NCBI GenBank assembly: GCA_963733395.1
Contig: CAVTCZ010000002.1
Coordinates: forward strand, 18,981 to 82,980
Origin: an uncultured Actinomycetota bacterium
GTDB lineage: Bacteria; Actinomycetota; Actinomycetes; S36-B12; UBA10799
DNA: 64,000 bases
Reading direction: 5' to 3'
Part shown: positions 31,346 to 39,973 of the stretch, in pieces
How positions within the stretch are numbered: the stretch's first letter is position 1
Layout of the letters: every line of letters begins with the position of its first letter
The notes under the pieces: model-generated
Databases searched by the model: none
Told to the model about the DNA's origin: nothing
The model's input: the letters and a program-made list of their open reading frames with translations, nothing else
Made by a program: the position numbers and the translations under genes

Positions 31346-32015
31346 ATGGTCGACCGCGCCCACAATGGTTCCGTGAGGGGTTTCACCGACCGCGCCGCCG
31401 CCGGCCGCCAGTTGGCCGAGGCACTGGTCGCCCGCCACTACCCCGATCCCGTGGTCCTCGCCTTGCCCCGAGGTGGCGTGCCGGTGGCCGCTCAGATCGC
31501 CGCTGCGCTGCAGGCGCCCTTGGACCTGGTGATGGCGCGGAAGATCGGCGTACCCGGCCGGCCGGAGGTGGCCGCCGGCGCCGTCGTGAACGGGGACGAT
31601 CCGCAGATCGTGGTGAACCCCGACGTGCTCGCGGCCACGGGGCTTCGCCGCGAGGACGTGGCGGAGCTGGCGAGGTCCGAACTCGCCGTGATCCGACGGC
31701 GCCGCGAGAGGTACCTGGCGGGCAGGCCGACCGGTGCCGATCGCCGGGCGAACGGCCATCGTGGTCGACGACGGGATCGCCACCGGGGCGACGATGCGTG
31801 TGGCGCTGCGTGCGGTGGCGCGCAGGGACCCTGCGGCGATCGTGCTGGCGGTGCCGGTGGCGCCTCCGGACGCGCTGGCCTCCATGCGGGATGAGGTGGA
31901 CGAGGTGGTCTGCCTCTTGAGCCCCGCATCGTTCTACGCCGTGGGCGAGTACTACCGGGACTTCCACCAGGTCAGCGACGAGGAGGTCGTGGCTCTGCTC
32001 GGAGACGCTCCATGA
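31346..32015 (+). CDS. Phosphoribosyltransferase-family protein, one +1 frameshift near 31728
   Basis: ..FTDRAAAGRQLAEAL..VVLALPRGGVPVA.. is followed in the next frame by ..GRTAIVVDDGIATGATMRVAL.. (PRPP-binding motif). Confidence 0.75.
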
Positions 32016-32033
32016 CCCGTGGCGTTGGCGGTT

Positions 32034-32081
32034 GTTCACGGCGTGAGCGAAGCCACGCGTGCCTTCTCTCACCCGGTGAAC
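32034..32081. terminator. Bidirectional hairpin between convergent genes; shares its core with the hairpin at 35005-35070
   Basis: GTTCACGGCGTGAGCGAAG-ccACGCGTgc-CTTCTCTCACCCGGTGAAC, an imperfect ~19-bp stem around a central ACGCGT. Confidence 0.6.
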
Positions 32082-32136
32082 GTTCTCCAACCTCGTGGGA
32101 ACCGGCGGTCGTCCGCGGCTGGCCCGCAGCCCACCC

Positions 32137-33108
32137 TCACCACCGCATCTGCGCCTCTTCCGCGAATCCCTGCAGACCCTCGACCGGGTGCCCGAGGACC
32201 GTCCCGTCCCACTGGCCGAAGCACTGGTGCACCTCGGTGAAGATCACACCGACGTTGATCCGGGACTTCCGCTCGAACCGCGGCGTCAGCGTCACGTCGA
32301 GGTCGCTCCCGCGCACGGTCCACGGCGCCAGCCAGTCGTCGCGGTCGTAGGACCACTCCAGTTCCTCGCTGATCTTCGTGACCCGGCCGTCGATGCAGAT
32401 GGCGTTCTCGGTCATGCCCGTGCCTTCAGTCCACTTGCCCCCGAACTGCAGCCCGATCACGTGGTCGCCGGCGCGACCCGACCCGGAGCCCCAGTTCCAG
32501 GTCGTGCTGTACGGCCACTTGCCGCGGCCGTGGTCGAGGACGGCCCAGGTCTGGCCCGCAGGCAGCGTGCGCGCCCTGCCATCCACGACCAGCTTGCCGG
32601 TGGCCGGCAGGGTGTTCTCCTTCACCGTGTACTGGAACTGCTTGTCGCTCCACGGGATGACCACCCCCATGGACTCGTGACCCGCCGGGCGCTGAACCTG
32701 CACGTCGGCGTCGATCCGGTCGGTGTGGGCGACCAGGCGCAGCCCCTGGGTGTTCGGGATGAGGTCGATGCTCAGGTGCTTCGTGCGCGCCCGCGCCGGG
32801 CCGCCGCCGCTGCGGTCGGGCAGCACGGGACCCCGGGCCAGCGGCACGATCGCGCTGGTGTCGATCTCCTCGCCGGTCTCGAGGTCGACGAAGTACACCT
32901 GGTGCAGGGCCAGGTAGTCGATGTGGCTGACCGTCACGAACAGCACCCAGTCGGGGGTCTGAACGGACCAGTGCTCCCACCGCTTGGCGCGACCCCAACC
33001 ACGCAGGTTCGCTTGGTGCAGCGGATGTCGGCTCCAGCCCACGGCGTCAGGGTTCAGGCGGCCGTCGGGCAGGCACAGGTCCACGGGTGCGGTGATCTCG
33101 CGCTCCAT
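32137..33108 (-). CDS. DUF2804 domain-containing protein
   Basis: Intact 323 aa: ..RWEHWSVQTPDWVLFVTVSHIDYLALHQVYF.., ..WNWGSGSG.., a pattern I associate with DUF2804. Confidence 0.65.
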   Translation of the reverse strand: MEREITAPVDLCLPDGRLNPDAVGWSRHPLHQANLRGWGRAKRWEHWSVQTPDWVLFVTVSHIDYLALHQVYFVDLETGEEIDTSAIVPLARGPVLPDRSGGGPARARTKHLSIDLIPNTQGLRLVAHTDRIDADVQVQRPAGHESMGVVIPWSDKQFQYTVKENTLPATGKLVVDGRARTLPAGQTWAVLDHGRGKWPYSTTWNWGSGSGRAGDHVIGLQFGGKWTEGTGMTENAICIDGRVTKISEELEWSYDRDDWLAPWTVRGSDLDVTLTPRFERKSRINVGVIFTEVHQCFGQWDGTVLGHPVEGLQGFAEEAQMRW

Positions 33109-33180
33109 GGCTCAGAGGCTAGTCCCGACGCCTCCAGGCAGGGATCGGGATGGATACTATGCACATGCTACAGTATGTGT

Positions 33181-33441
33181 ATGTCGGTCCTGGAGCGCCG
33201 AGTACAGATCCTGGTCGATCGGGCGCGCTACGAGCGTCTGGAGCGAGCGGCCACCGCGGAATCCCGCAGCGTGGCCTCGATCATTCGTGAAGCCATTGAC
33301 ATGTATCTGCAGTCCGACGCGGGCGCCAACGCCAGAGCGCTCGCGTCCTTGCTCGACATGCCCACCGACGGCACGCCGGGTGAGGACTGGGAAGACACGA
33401 AGGAAGGCTTGCTCGAGCATGCCGTCGAGGGCTACACGTGA
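33181..33441 (+). CDS. vapB: Ribbon-helix-helix antitoxin (VapB/CopG-like)
   Basis: MSVLERRVQILVDRARYERLERAATAESRSVASIIREAIDMYL.. Its stop overlaps the GTG of the PIN gene (GTGA). Confidence 0.75.
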   Translation: MSVLERRVQILVDRARYERLERAATAESRSVASIIREAIDMYLQSDAGANARALASLLDMPTDGTPGEDWEDTKEGLLEHAVEGYT

Positions 33442-33843
33442 CACGTGCAGTTCTCGTCGACACGGCTGTGTTCGCCTACGCGCTCGGTGGGGATCATCGA
33501 TTCCGCGAGCCGTGTCGAGCGTTTCTGGACCGGGCAGTGCGGCGGGGAATTCGCTCTGCATGCCAGCGTTGAGATGGTGCAGGAGTTGACCTTCCACCGG
33601 ATGCGCAGGACGGACAGGGTGACCGCGGTGCACCAGGGCAGACTGGCCGGTCGCTCGTGCACGCTGCACACGTTCGACGAGCGCGTGCTTGAGCGTGCCC
33701 TGGAGTTGATCGCCCATTCGTCGATCCGGGGACGGGACGCGGTACACGCCGCCACTGCGGATATCGCCGGCTTGGACGTGATCGTGACGACCGACTCGGC
33801 CTTCGATGACGTGATGAAGCGCATCGATCCGGCGCAGCTGTAA
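33438..33843 (+). CDS. vapC: PIN-domain toxin (VapC), one +1 frameshift near 33545
   Basis: Frame 0 gives VTRAVLVDTAVFAYALGGDHRFREPCRAFLDRAVRRG. Frame 1 gives EFALHASVEMVQEL..GRDAVHAATA..DVIVTTDSAFD. The indel lies in the run GCGGCGGGG. Confidence 0.75.
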
Positions 33844-33923
33844 ACCCGGGGCTCGGCGGGTCGCGCTCCGACCGAAAGGCTCACCAAGCACCACCGTGGC
33901 CGCTCGCGCATTACCCTCACACC

Positions 33924-34934
33924 ATGAGATACGGCACGCAGTTCGGTCCCGACATCACCTTCCTCGGCGTCGACGCGGCTGATCTCGACGCCCCCGAGAC
34001 CTACCGCGATGCCGACGTGGTCATCCTCGGCGCCCCCTTCGACGGCGGGACCTCCTACCGTTCGGGTGCCCGGTTCGGGCCCAAGGCCCTGCGCGAGACC
34101 TGCTACCTGGCGCACGACGGATCGCGGCCCTCGCTGGCGATGCGGGTCGACGGGTTGCAGGACTTGCGGGTGGTCGACGTCGGGGATGTGGAGATGTTCT
34201 CCGGCGACGCCGCCCGGTCGTGCGCCGATCTCGAAGCCGCGGTGGAGAAGGTGGCAGCCACGGGGGCCGTCCCGCTGATCCTCGGTGGCGACCACACCGT
34301 GACCTGGCCGGATGTCACGGGGGTTGCTCGTGGTGGGGATCGCTGGGGCCGGGTCGCCGTCATCCACTTCGATGCGCACGCCGACACCGGCAACATCGAG
34401 TTCGGTTCGCTGATCGGGCACGGCCAGCCGATGCGGCGGCTCATCGAGTCCGGCGCGGCTCGCGGTGACCGCTTCCTGCAGATCGGCCTGCGGGGGTACT
34501 GGCCGCCGCCGGACATCCTGCAGTGGATGGCCGAGCAGCGGATGCGCTCCTACGAGATGACCGAGATCGTCGCCCGCGGTCTCGAGGAGTGCCTGACCGA
34601 AGCCTTCGAGATCGCCCTCGACGAGTGCGACGGGGTGTTCCTCAGCGTCGACATCGATGTCTGCGACCCCGGGCACGCCCCGGGGACCGGGACCCCCGAG
34701 CCGGGCGGCTTGAGCTCGCGGCAACTGCTGGATGCGGTGCGTCGGATCTGCTACGAGCTGCCGTTGCTGGGGATGGACGTGGTCGAGGTTTCGCCGCCGT
34801 ACGACCAGGCGGACATCACGGCGCTGCTGGGCAACCGGGTGGTGCTGGAGGCGCTGAGTGCGATGGCCCGGCGGCGCAAGGACGAGCGCGACGGGACCTC
34901 CTGGGATCCGCGGCAGCCGCTGCTGGACAGGTGA
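33924..34934 (+). CDS. speB: Agmatinase / ureohydrolase family
   Basis: Intact 336 aa with metal-binding motifs ..LILGGDHTVTWP.., ..VIHFDAHADTG.., ..LSVDIDVCDPGHAPGTGTPEPGG.. Confidence 0.88.
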   Translation: MRYGTQFGPDITFLGVDAADLDAPETYRDADVVILGAPFDGGTSYRSGARFGPKALRETCYLAHDGSRPSLAMRVDGLQDLRVVDVGDVEMFSGDAARSCADLEAAVEKVAATGAVPLILGGDHTVTWPDVTGVARGGDRWGRVAVIHFDAHADTGNIEFGSLIGHGQPMRRLIESGAARGDRFLQIGLRGYWPPPDILQWMAEQRMRSYEMTEIVARGLEECLTEAFEIALDECDGVFLSVDIDVCDPGHAPGTGTPEPGGLSSRQLLDAVRRICYELPLLGMDVVEVSPPYDQADITALLGNRVVLEALSAMARRRKDERDGTSWDPRQPLLDR

Positions 34935-35004
34935 CGGTGCCGGGTGGTTCCCCCGGTCGCGGGTCCGTCGCGGGGGCTGCCCGCGAGAGCGGTCGGGCGG
35001 TTCG

Positions 35005-35070
35005 TTAGAGGTTGTCCCGTTGGTTAGAGAAGACACGCGTGCTTTCTCTAACCAACGGGACAACCTCTAA
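35005..35070. terminator. Long near-perfect hairpin between convergent genes (second member of the ACGCGT-core family)
   Basis: TTAGAGGTTGTCCCGTTGGTTAGAGAAG-acACGCGTgc-TTTCTCTAACCAACGGGACAACCTCTAA, a ~28-bp stem. Confidence 0.7.
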
Positions 35071-35113
35071 CCAAGTGCCCGGAAGAGGCCGGGCGGGTGA
35101 CGGACCGGCGGTG

Positions 35114-36403
35114 TCACGCAGTCCCAGCCCAGGTGATCCCGAACACCGATCCGCCACCCTCCCGCGGGTGCGCGAACACCCGGCCGCCGCTGGCCTCCGC
35201 AACGTCCTTGACGATCGCCAGCCCCAGGCCCGAGCCGGGCAGGCTGCGGGAGGCCACCGGCCGGTAGAAACGGTCGAACAGGTGCGGCATGTCGTCGGCG
35301 GCAACCCCGGGCCCGCGATCCAGGACCTCGATCGTCCGGTCGGCGACGCGCAGGTCGATGGGCGCGTCGGAGGAGTCGAACTTCGCGGCGTTGTCCACGA
35401 GGTTCCAGACGGCGCGCTCCAACGATTGCCGCGTGGCAGTCACCTCGGAGTCGTCGGTGGACACGGTGACCTCACGCCCGGTCCGGCGGCGGGCGCGCTT
35501 GGCCACAGCCTCGGCCACGGCCGCCAGCCGCACCGGCTCGGCTTCGCCCTCCGTCGCCTGACCTCCGGCCAGGGCCAGTACCTCGTTGACCAGGCCGGTC
35601 AGTTCCCGGGACTCGCCCTTCAGATCGGCGAGGACCCGCTCGCGCACCGCCGGCGTCAACTCGTCGAAACGTTCCAGCAGGCTGATGTTCGTGCGTAGCG
35701 ACGTCAGCGGTGTGCGCAATTCATGACCCGCGTCCTGGACCAAGCGCTGCTGGTCCGCCTGCGATGCGGCCAGGCGGCCCAGCATGCTGTTGAAGGACCC
35801 TGCCAGCCGTCCCACCTCGTCGGTGCCTGCCCCCGGCACGGCGAGGTCCAGCTGTCCGGTGGCGCTGACCTGCTCGGCGGTGTCCGTGAGGCGGACCAGG
35901 CGCTTGGTGATCTGCCGCGCGACCAGCCACCCGATCGCTGCGGCCACGACCGCCAGCGCGAGGGCGCATACCGCCAGCACCACCGCGAGTTGTCGCAGCA
36001 CCGAGGCGCTCTGCGACCAGTCCCGCGCGAGCAGGACCGCGCCCCGGCCCTGGCCCGGAGAGACCGTCACGATCCGGTACGGGGTGCCGTTCACGTCCTG
36101 CGTGCGCGCCTCCACCGACGGCCGTTGCGAGGCTGCGGCCGCCCGGTCGGCGTCGGTCACGGGTAGTTGCACCTCGCCGTGGCTGTCCACCACCTGGCCG
36201 TCGGCGGACAGCACCAGCGACGCGTCCTGCTCGCGGTCCTCCGGGCCGTCGCGCATGGGCCGGCCACCACCGGCGAGCAGCGCCTGGTCCGTGGCCCGCT
36301 CGAGCTGGTTGGTGGTGGCGGTGTACCCGATCACGCCCATGAGCCCGGCCACCACGACGGCCAGGACCGCGAATGCCAGGGCGAGTTTCGACCGGAGGCT
36401 CAT
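35114..36403 (-). CDS. Sensor histidine kinase (TM, HAMP, HisKA, HATPase_c)
   Basis: Intact 429 aa: ..VQDAGHELRTPLTSL.., ..VWNLVDNAAKF.., ..DRGPGV.., ..GSGLGLAIVKDV.. Confidence 0.9.
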   Translation of the reverse strand: MSLRSKLALAFAVLAVVVAGLMGVIGYTATTNQLERATDQALLAGGGRPMRDGPEDREQDASLVLSADGQVVDSHGEVQLPVTDADRAAAASQRPSVEARTQDVNGTPYRIVTVSPGQGRGAVLLARDWSQSASVLRQLAVVLAVCALALAVVAAAIGWLVARQITKRLVRLTDTAEQVSATGQLDLAVPGAGTDEVGRLAGSFNSMLGRLAASQADQQRLVQDAGHELRTPLTSLRTNISLLERFDELTPAVRERVLADLKGESRELTGLVNEVLALAGGQATEGEAEPVRLAAVAEAVAKRARRRTGREVTVSTDDSEVTATRQSLERAVWNLVDNAAKFDSSDAPIDLRVADRTIEVLDRGPGVAADDMPHLFDRFYRPVASRSLPGSGLGLAIVKDVAEASGGRVFAHPREGGGSVFGITWAGTA

Positions 36404-37065
36404 GAGCGCCGCATCGTGTAGCCGACGCCGCGTACGGTCCGGATCAACTCCGGCGGTCCGAGCTTGCGGCGCAGGTAGCCGACATACACGGCCAGGTTCT
36501 TCGAATCCGGGCCGAAATCGTAGCCCCAGATGCGCTCGTAGATGACGTGGTGTTCGAGCACGATGCCGGCGTTGAGCATGAGCAGTTCCAGCAGGTCGAA
36601 TTCCGTCTTGGACAACTCGATCTCGGTGCCATCTCGCCAGACCCGGCGGGAGGTGGGTGACAAGCGCACGTCGTCGACAGTCAAGTCGTCGCCGTGCGCT
36701 GCCGGCTCGGCGCGCCGAAGCAGTGCGCGCAACCGGGCGAGCACCTCGTCGATGTCGTAGGGCTTGGGAACGTAGTCGTCGGCGCCGGCATCGAGCCCGG
36801 CCACCCGGTCGGCGGTCTCCACCCGCGCGGTGAGCATCAGGATGGGGATGGGGTCACCTTCGGCCCGCAGCACCCGGCACACCCCCAGGCCGTCGACGCC
36901 GGGCATCATCACATCGAGCACCAGGACGTCGGGCCGCTCGGTGCGGAATGCGGCCAGTGCCTCCACGCCGTCGGCGCAGGCAGTCACCTGATAGCCGTTG
37001 AGCTCCAGCGCAGTGGTCAGGGACTGCCGGATGGCGCGGTCATCGTCGGCAACTAGCACCTTCAT
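36400..37065 (-). CDS. OmpR-family response regulator
   Basis: MKVLVADDD.., VLVLDVMMPGVDG, DYVPKPY and ..IRTVRGVGYTM. Has a 4-nt overlap with the kinase gene. Confidence 0.92.
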   Translation of the reverse strand: MKVLVADDDRAIRQSLTTALELNGYQVTACADGVEALAAFRTERPDVLVLDVMMPGVDGLGVCRVLRAEGDPIPILMLTARVETADRVAGLDAGADDYVPKPYDIDEVLARLRALLRRAEPAAHGDDLTVDDVRLSPTSRRVWRDGTEIELSKTEFDLLELLMLNAGIVLEHHVIYERIWGYDFGPDSKNLAVYVGYLRRKLGPPELIRTVRGVGYTMRRS

Positions 37066-37155
37066 GTCTGTGATCCTGCCGCAGTCGGGTCAGCGCTGGG
37101 GGGACGCAGGCGCGCCGGGTACGGGGGATGTTCCGCGGCGCGCCTGTCGGGTCCA

Positions 37156-38028
37156 TCAGGCGGACGTCTTGGCCGCCGTGGGCTGCTGTTGGCCGGGCAT
37201 CCTCGGGAAGTCCATGGTCTTGGTGTCGAGGACCGTGAAGTCCGCGTCGAGCACGACCACGACCATGCTGGCGTCGGCCTTCTTGACGAAGGCGTAGTAC
37301 TTCTTGCCCTTCTTGTGGACGTCCATGACGGTTCCGCCGGGCACCTCGGCCAGGGCTGCGGCCTCAGCCTTCTTGAACGCCGGGCCGGTCACGTCGTGGC
37401 CCATCATCGCGTGGCCGCGCTTGCCGTGCGGCCCGCGGTGCTTGCGGGGGTTCTCGACCGACTGGAAGGCGTAGTTCTCGTCGAGCAGGACGACCTTCTT
37501 CTTGCCGGTGTCGGTGCGCAGCAGCACGGCGAACCCGTTGTCGTCGCGCTTGAAGACCTGCAGCACGGTGGCGTCCGGGAACTTGGTCAGCGCGGCGTCG
37601 GTGGCCTGCTGCGTCTCCTCGGCGGTTGCCGGGGTGCCAGGGCCGTGGCCGCGTCCGCCGGCCGGCATCTCCTGCTGGCCGGTGACCATGAAGTTGGCGT
37701 CGAGGGTCACCACGATCCGCTTGCCGTCGGTGGTCGTGACCATCACCAGGTAGGTGCCGTCGGGGGTCTTGTGGGCGTGGTCGGCGGTTCCGCCGGGGAC
37801 GGCGGCCAGCGCGGCGTCGATCGCCTGCTGCGCCGCCTCGCCGGTGACGAGTTCACCAGGTCCGCGCTCGCCCATCATGCCCCGTGGGCCCTGGGTGTAG
37901 CCGGACTGGTTCGAGCCGGTGGTGCTGTTGTCGTCCGCGTTGGCGATGGCGAGGCCACCGGCCAGCGTGGCGCCGACGGCGAAGGCTGCAACGCTTGCGC
38001 CGGCGACGGTTCCGATCTTCTTGATCAT
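37156..38028 (-). CDS. Secreted PepSY-repeat protein
   Basis: A signal-like N-terminus is followed by three repeats of ..A..AAL..VPGGT...H/K...G.Y.V.V...DG..V.V.LD..F.V.., upstream of the RR-HK pair. Confidence 0.75.
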   Translation of the reverse strand: MIKKIGTVAGASVAAFAVGATLAGGLAIANADDNSTTGSNQSGYTQGPRGMMGERGPGELVTGEAAQQAIDAALAAVPGGTADHAHKTPDGTYLVMVTTTDGKRIVVTLDANFMVTGQQEMPAGGRGHGPGTPATAEETQQATDAALTKFPDATVLQVFKRDDNGFAVLLRTDTGKKKVVLLDENYAFQSVENPRKHRGPHGKRGHAMMGHDVTGPAFKKAEAAALAEVPGGTVMDVHKKGKKYYAFVKKADASMVVVVLDADFTVLDTKTMDFPRMPGQQQPTAAKTSA

Positions 38029-38207
38029 GATGTTTCCTTTCGTCGGTCACTTGCACCATCGCCATCGGACATGTGAACTCAACCTGACCCGGGTAAGAGC
38101 CCGGTGAGAGACGTGACCTCGCCGGGGGCGCCGGTCCCCCGAGCTGGACCCGAACCGCTTCCCTGCTCCTGCCGGCAGGTCTAGCCTGGATGCTGGGGGA
38201 GGTCGTT

Positions 38208-39472
38208 ATGAGACTGCTACTCGCAGGGCTGGTCACGGGGGTCGTCGCCACCGGGCTCGCGCTGCCCAGCACCACAGCCGCACCTCGAGCCGCTGGGCCT
38301 GCACCGGATGCCCGGGTCACCGTCGCCACCTACAACATCTGCAAGCGCAACTGCGGCACGGGCAAGTTCGCCTGGGACAAGCGACGGGACGCGATCGTAC
38401 GTTCCATCGCGGCCTCAGATGCCGACGTGGTCGCCTTGCAGGAGGCGGCCGGGACGGTGGACGAGTTGAGTCCGTTGCTGGCGTCCAAGGGGTACACGTT
38501 GGCCAACACCTGGACCGCGGATTGCCCCGATACATCCACCCGGTGCACCTCGGATTCCTTCATCTTCTATCGCGCGGCCGCGATCGCAATGGCTCCGCTT
38601 CGCACACCCAACCCGCCGATCCCCGAACGCTGCGTGCCCTACATCGGCGCGACCGAACCGCCCTTCATCGCGCCGGAGTTCACCCAACAGCCACCGACGC
38701 CACCGGACATCGATCCGTGGGATCCCGACTCTGAGCGGTTGTGGGACCAGTACTGGGCGGCCCGTCGAGGCCTACGATCAGGCCGAGGAGGAATGGCGGG
38801 AGGCCGATCGTCGCTTCAGCGATCGGGTGAACGCATGGTGGGCTGATTACGAGTCCTGCGAGCCGTACCAGAGTTGGACCCCCTTCCATGAGACGGCTGA
38901 GGACACGCTGGGCCTCTCGCAGGTCATCAAGGCGCCCTGGCCGCGGGCCATCTGGGACCGTGGCTGGTCCTACGCGTACCTGCGTGACCGGCGCACCGGC
39001 CGCGACTTCCTGGCTGTGTCATTGCACCTGCCGAATGAGAAGACCGCCCAGGGCGAGATGGCTGCGCCGTGCCGGCGCTCGGGGTGTGGTCGCGTTCATC
39101 AAGTCCGACCTCGCGGCTCGTGGGGTTCCGGGGTTGCCGGTCGTACTGGCGGGGGACCTGAACTCGTATGCGCGCAGGCAGCCCCGAGGTGCGCAGTTCA
39201 TCCTCGGTCGCGCGGGTTTCCGGGACGCCTACCAGGCCCGCCGGAAGGTGCACGGGGACGCGGCCACGGTCAATGTCACCACCATCCACAAGGACCCGTT
39301 CCCGGATCGGCCGTTCACCGCCGCTGACCCGGCGCGGATCGACTACATCCTGGTGCGCCGGGGAAAGCCGACCCGGTACGAGGTGTTCCTGCGGCTGCGC
39401 CACGGGCGCTTCGATGATCGCTTCCGCGGCAGCGACCACAACATGGTGGTCGCCGGACTGCGGCTCGGCTAG
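38208..39472 (+). CDS. Endonuclease/exonuclease/phosphatase (EEP) family secreted protein, two +1 frameshifts (~38760, ~39060)
   Basis: Signal peptide, then ..VTVATYNICKRN.., ..DADVVALQEA.., then ..VVLAGDLNSY.. and ..IDYILVRRG..GSDHNMVVAGL. ATG at 38208 follows GGAGG. Confidence 0.75.
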
Positions 39473-39623
39473 GACATGTCCGAGAAGTGGCTGGCGCGGT
39501 GCTTGGGGCCGGCCCGACCCGGCCACGTGTGAGAGGTCCGGGAACAGCGTCTGAGCGAACGTCGCGACACTGGCCGGCGCTTCTGCGGACCTGTGTGGGG
39601 GTCTGCCGCCAGGGCTGGGGCGC

Positions 39624-39742
39624 GAGTGGTGCGCGGTTGCCGGTTGCCCGAAGCGAGTGGTGCGCGGTTGCTGGTTCTGGGGGTGCGAAACCGACAACCG
39701 TGCAACAGTGGCGGTCCGCGGATAGCAACCGCGCAACAGTCG
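39624..39742. repeat. Nested-palindrome intergenic repeat, copy C (119 bp)
   Basis: GAGTGGTGCGCGGTTGCCGGTT and GAGTGGTGCGCGGTTGCTGGTT are direct. AACCGACAACCGTGCAACAGTG and ATAGCAACCGCGCAACAGTCG are inverted. The copy lies in a 500-bp convergent gap. Confidence 0.85.
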
Positions 39743-39973
39743 CGGGCGCGGACCACACCCGGTGCTGAGCACCACGCTGGTCCGGACCTGTCCACGGGGC
39801 GGCGGCTCGCGGTGGCCAGCCACCCGTCCGCGCCCAGCCGACGCGGACGAGCCGACGACTGAGCCGACTCTGAGCGGGTCCGAGTGCCGGTCCGCGTCGC
39901 GTGCAGCACCCGGACAGAGCCGACCCTGAGACCAAGGCCGCCCTCACGCACCGTGCCGGCACTCCTCAGGCTC

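Noticed and set aside
35005-35070. The ACGCGT-tipped hairpins as guanidine-II (mini-ykkC) or another riboswitch
   Set aside because: They lie 3' of convergent genes rather than in 5' leaders. The central CACGCGTG is self-complementary rather than an ACGR tetraloop, and each site has only one hairpin.
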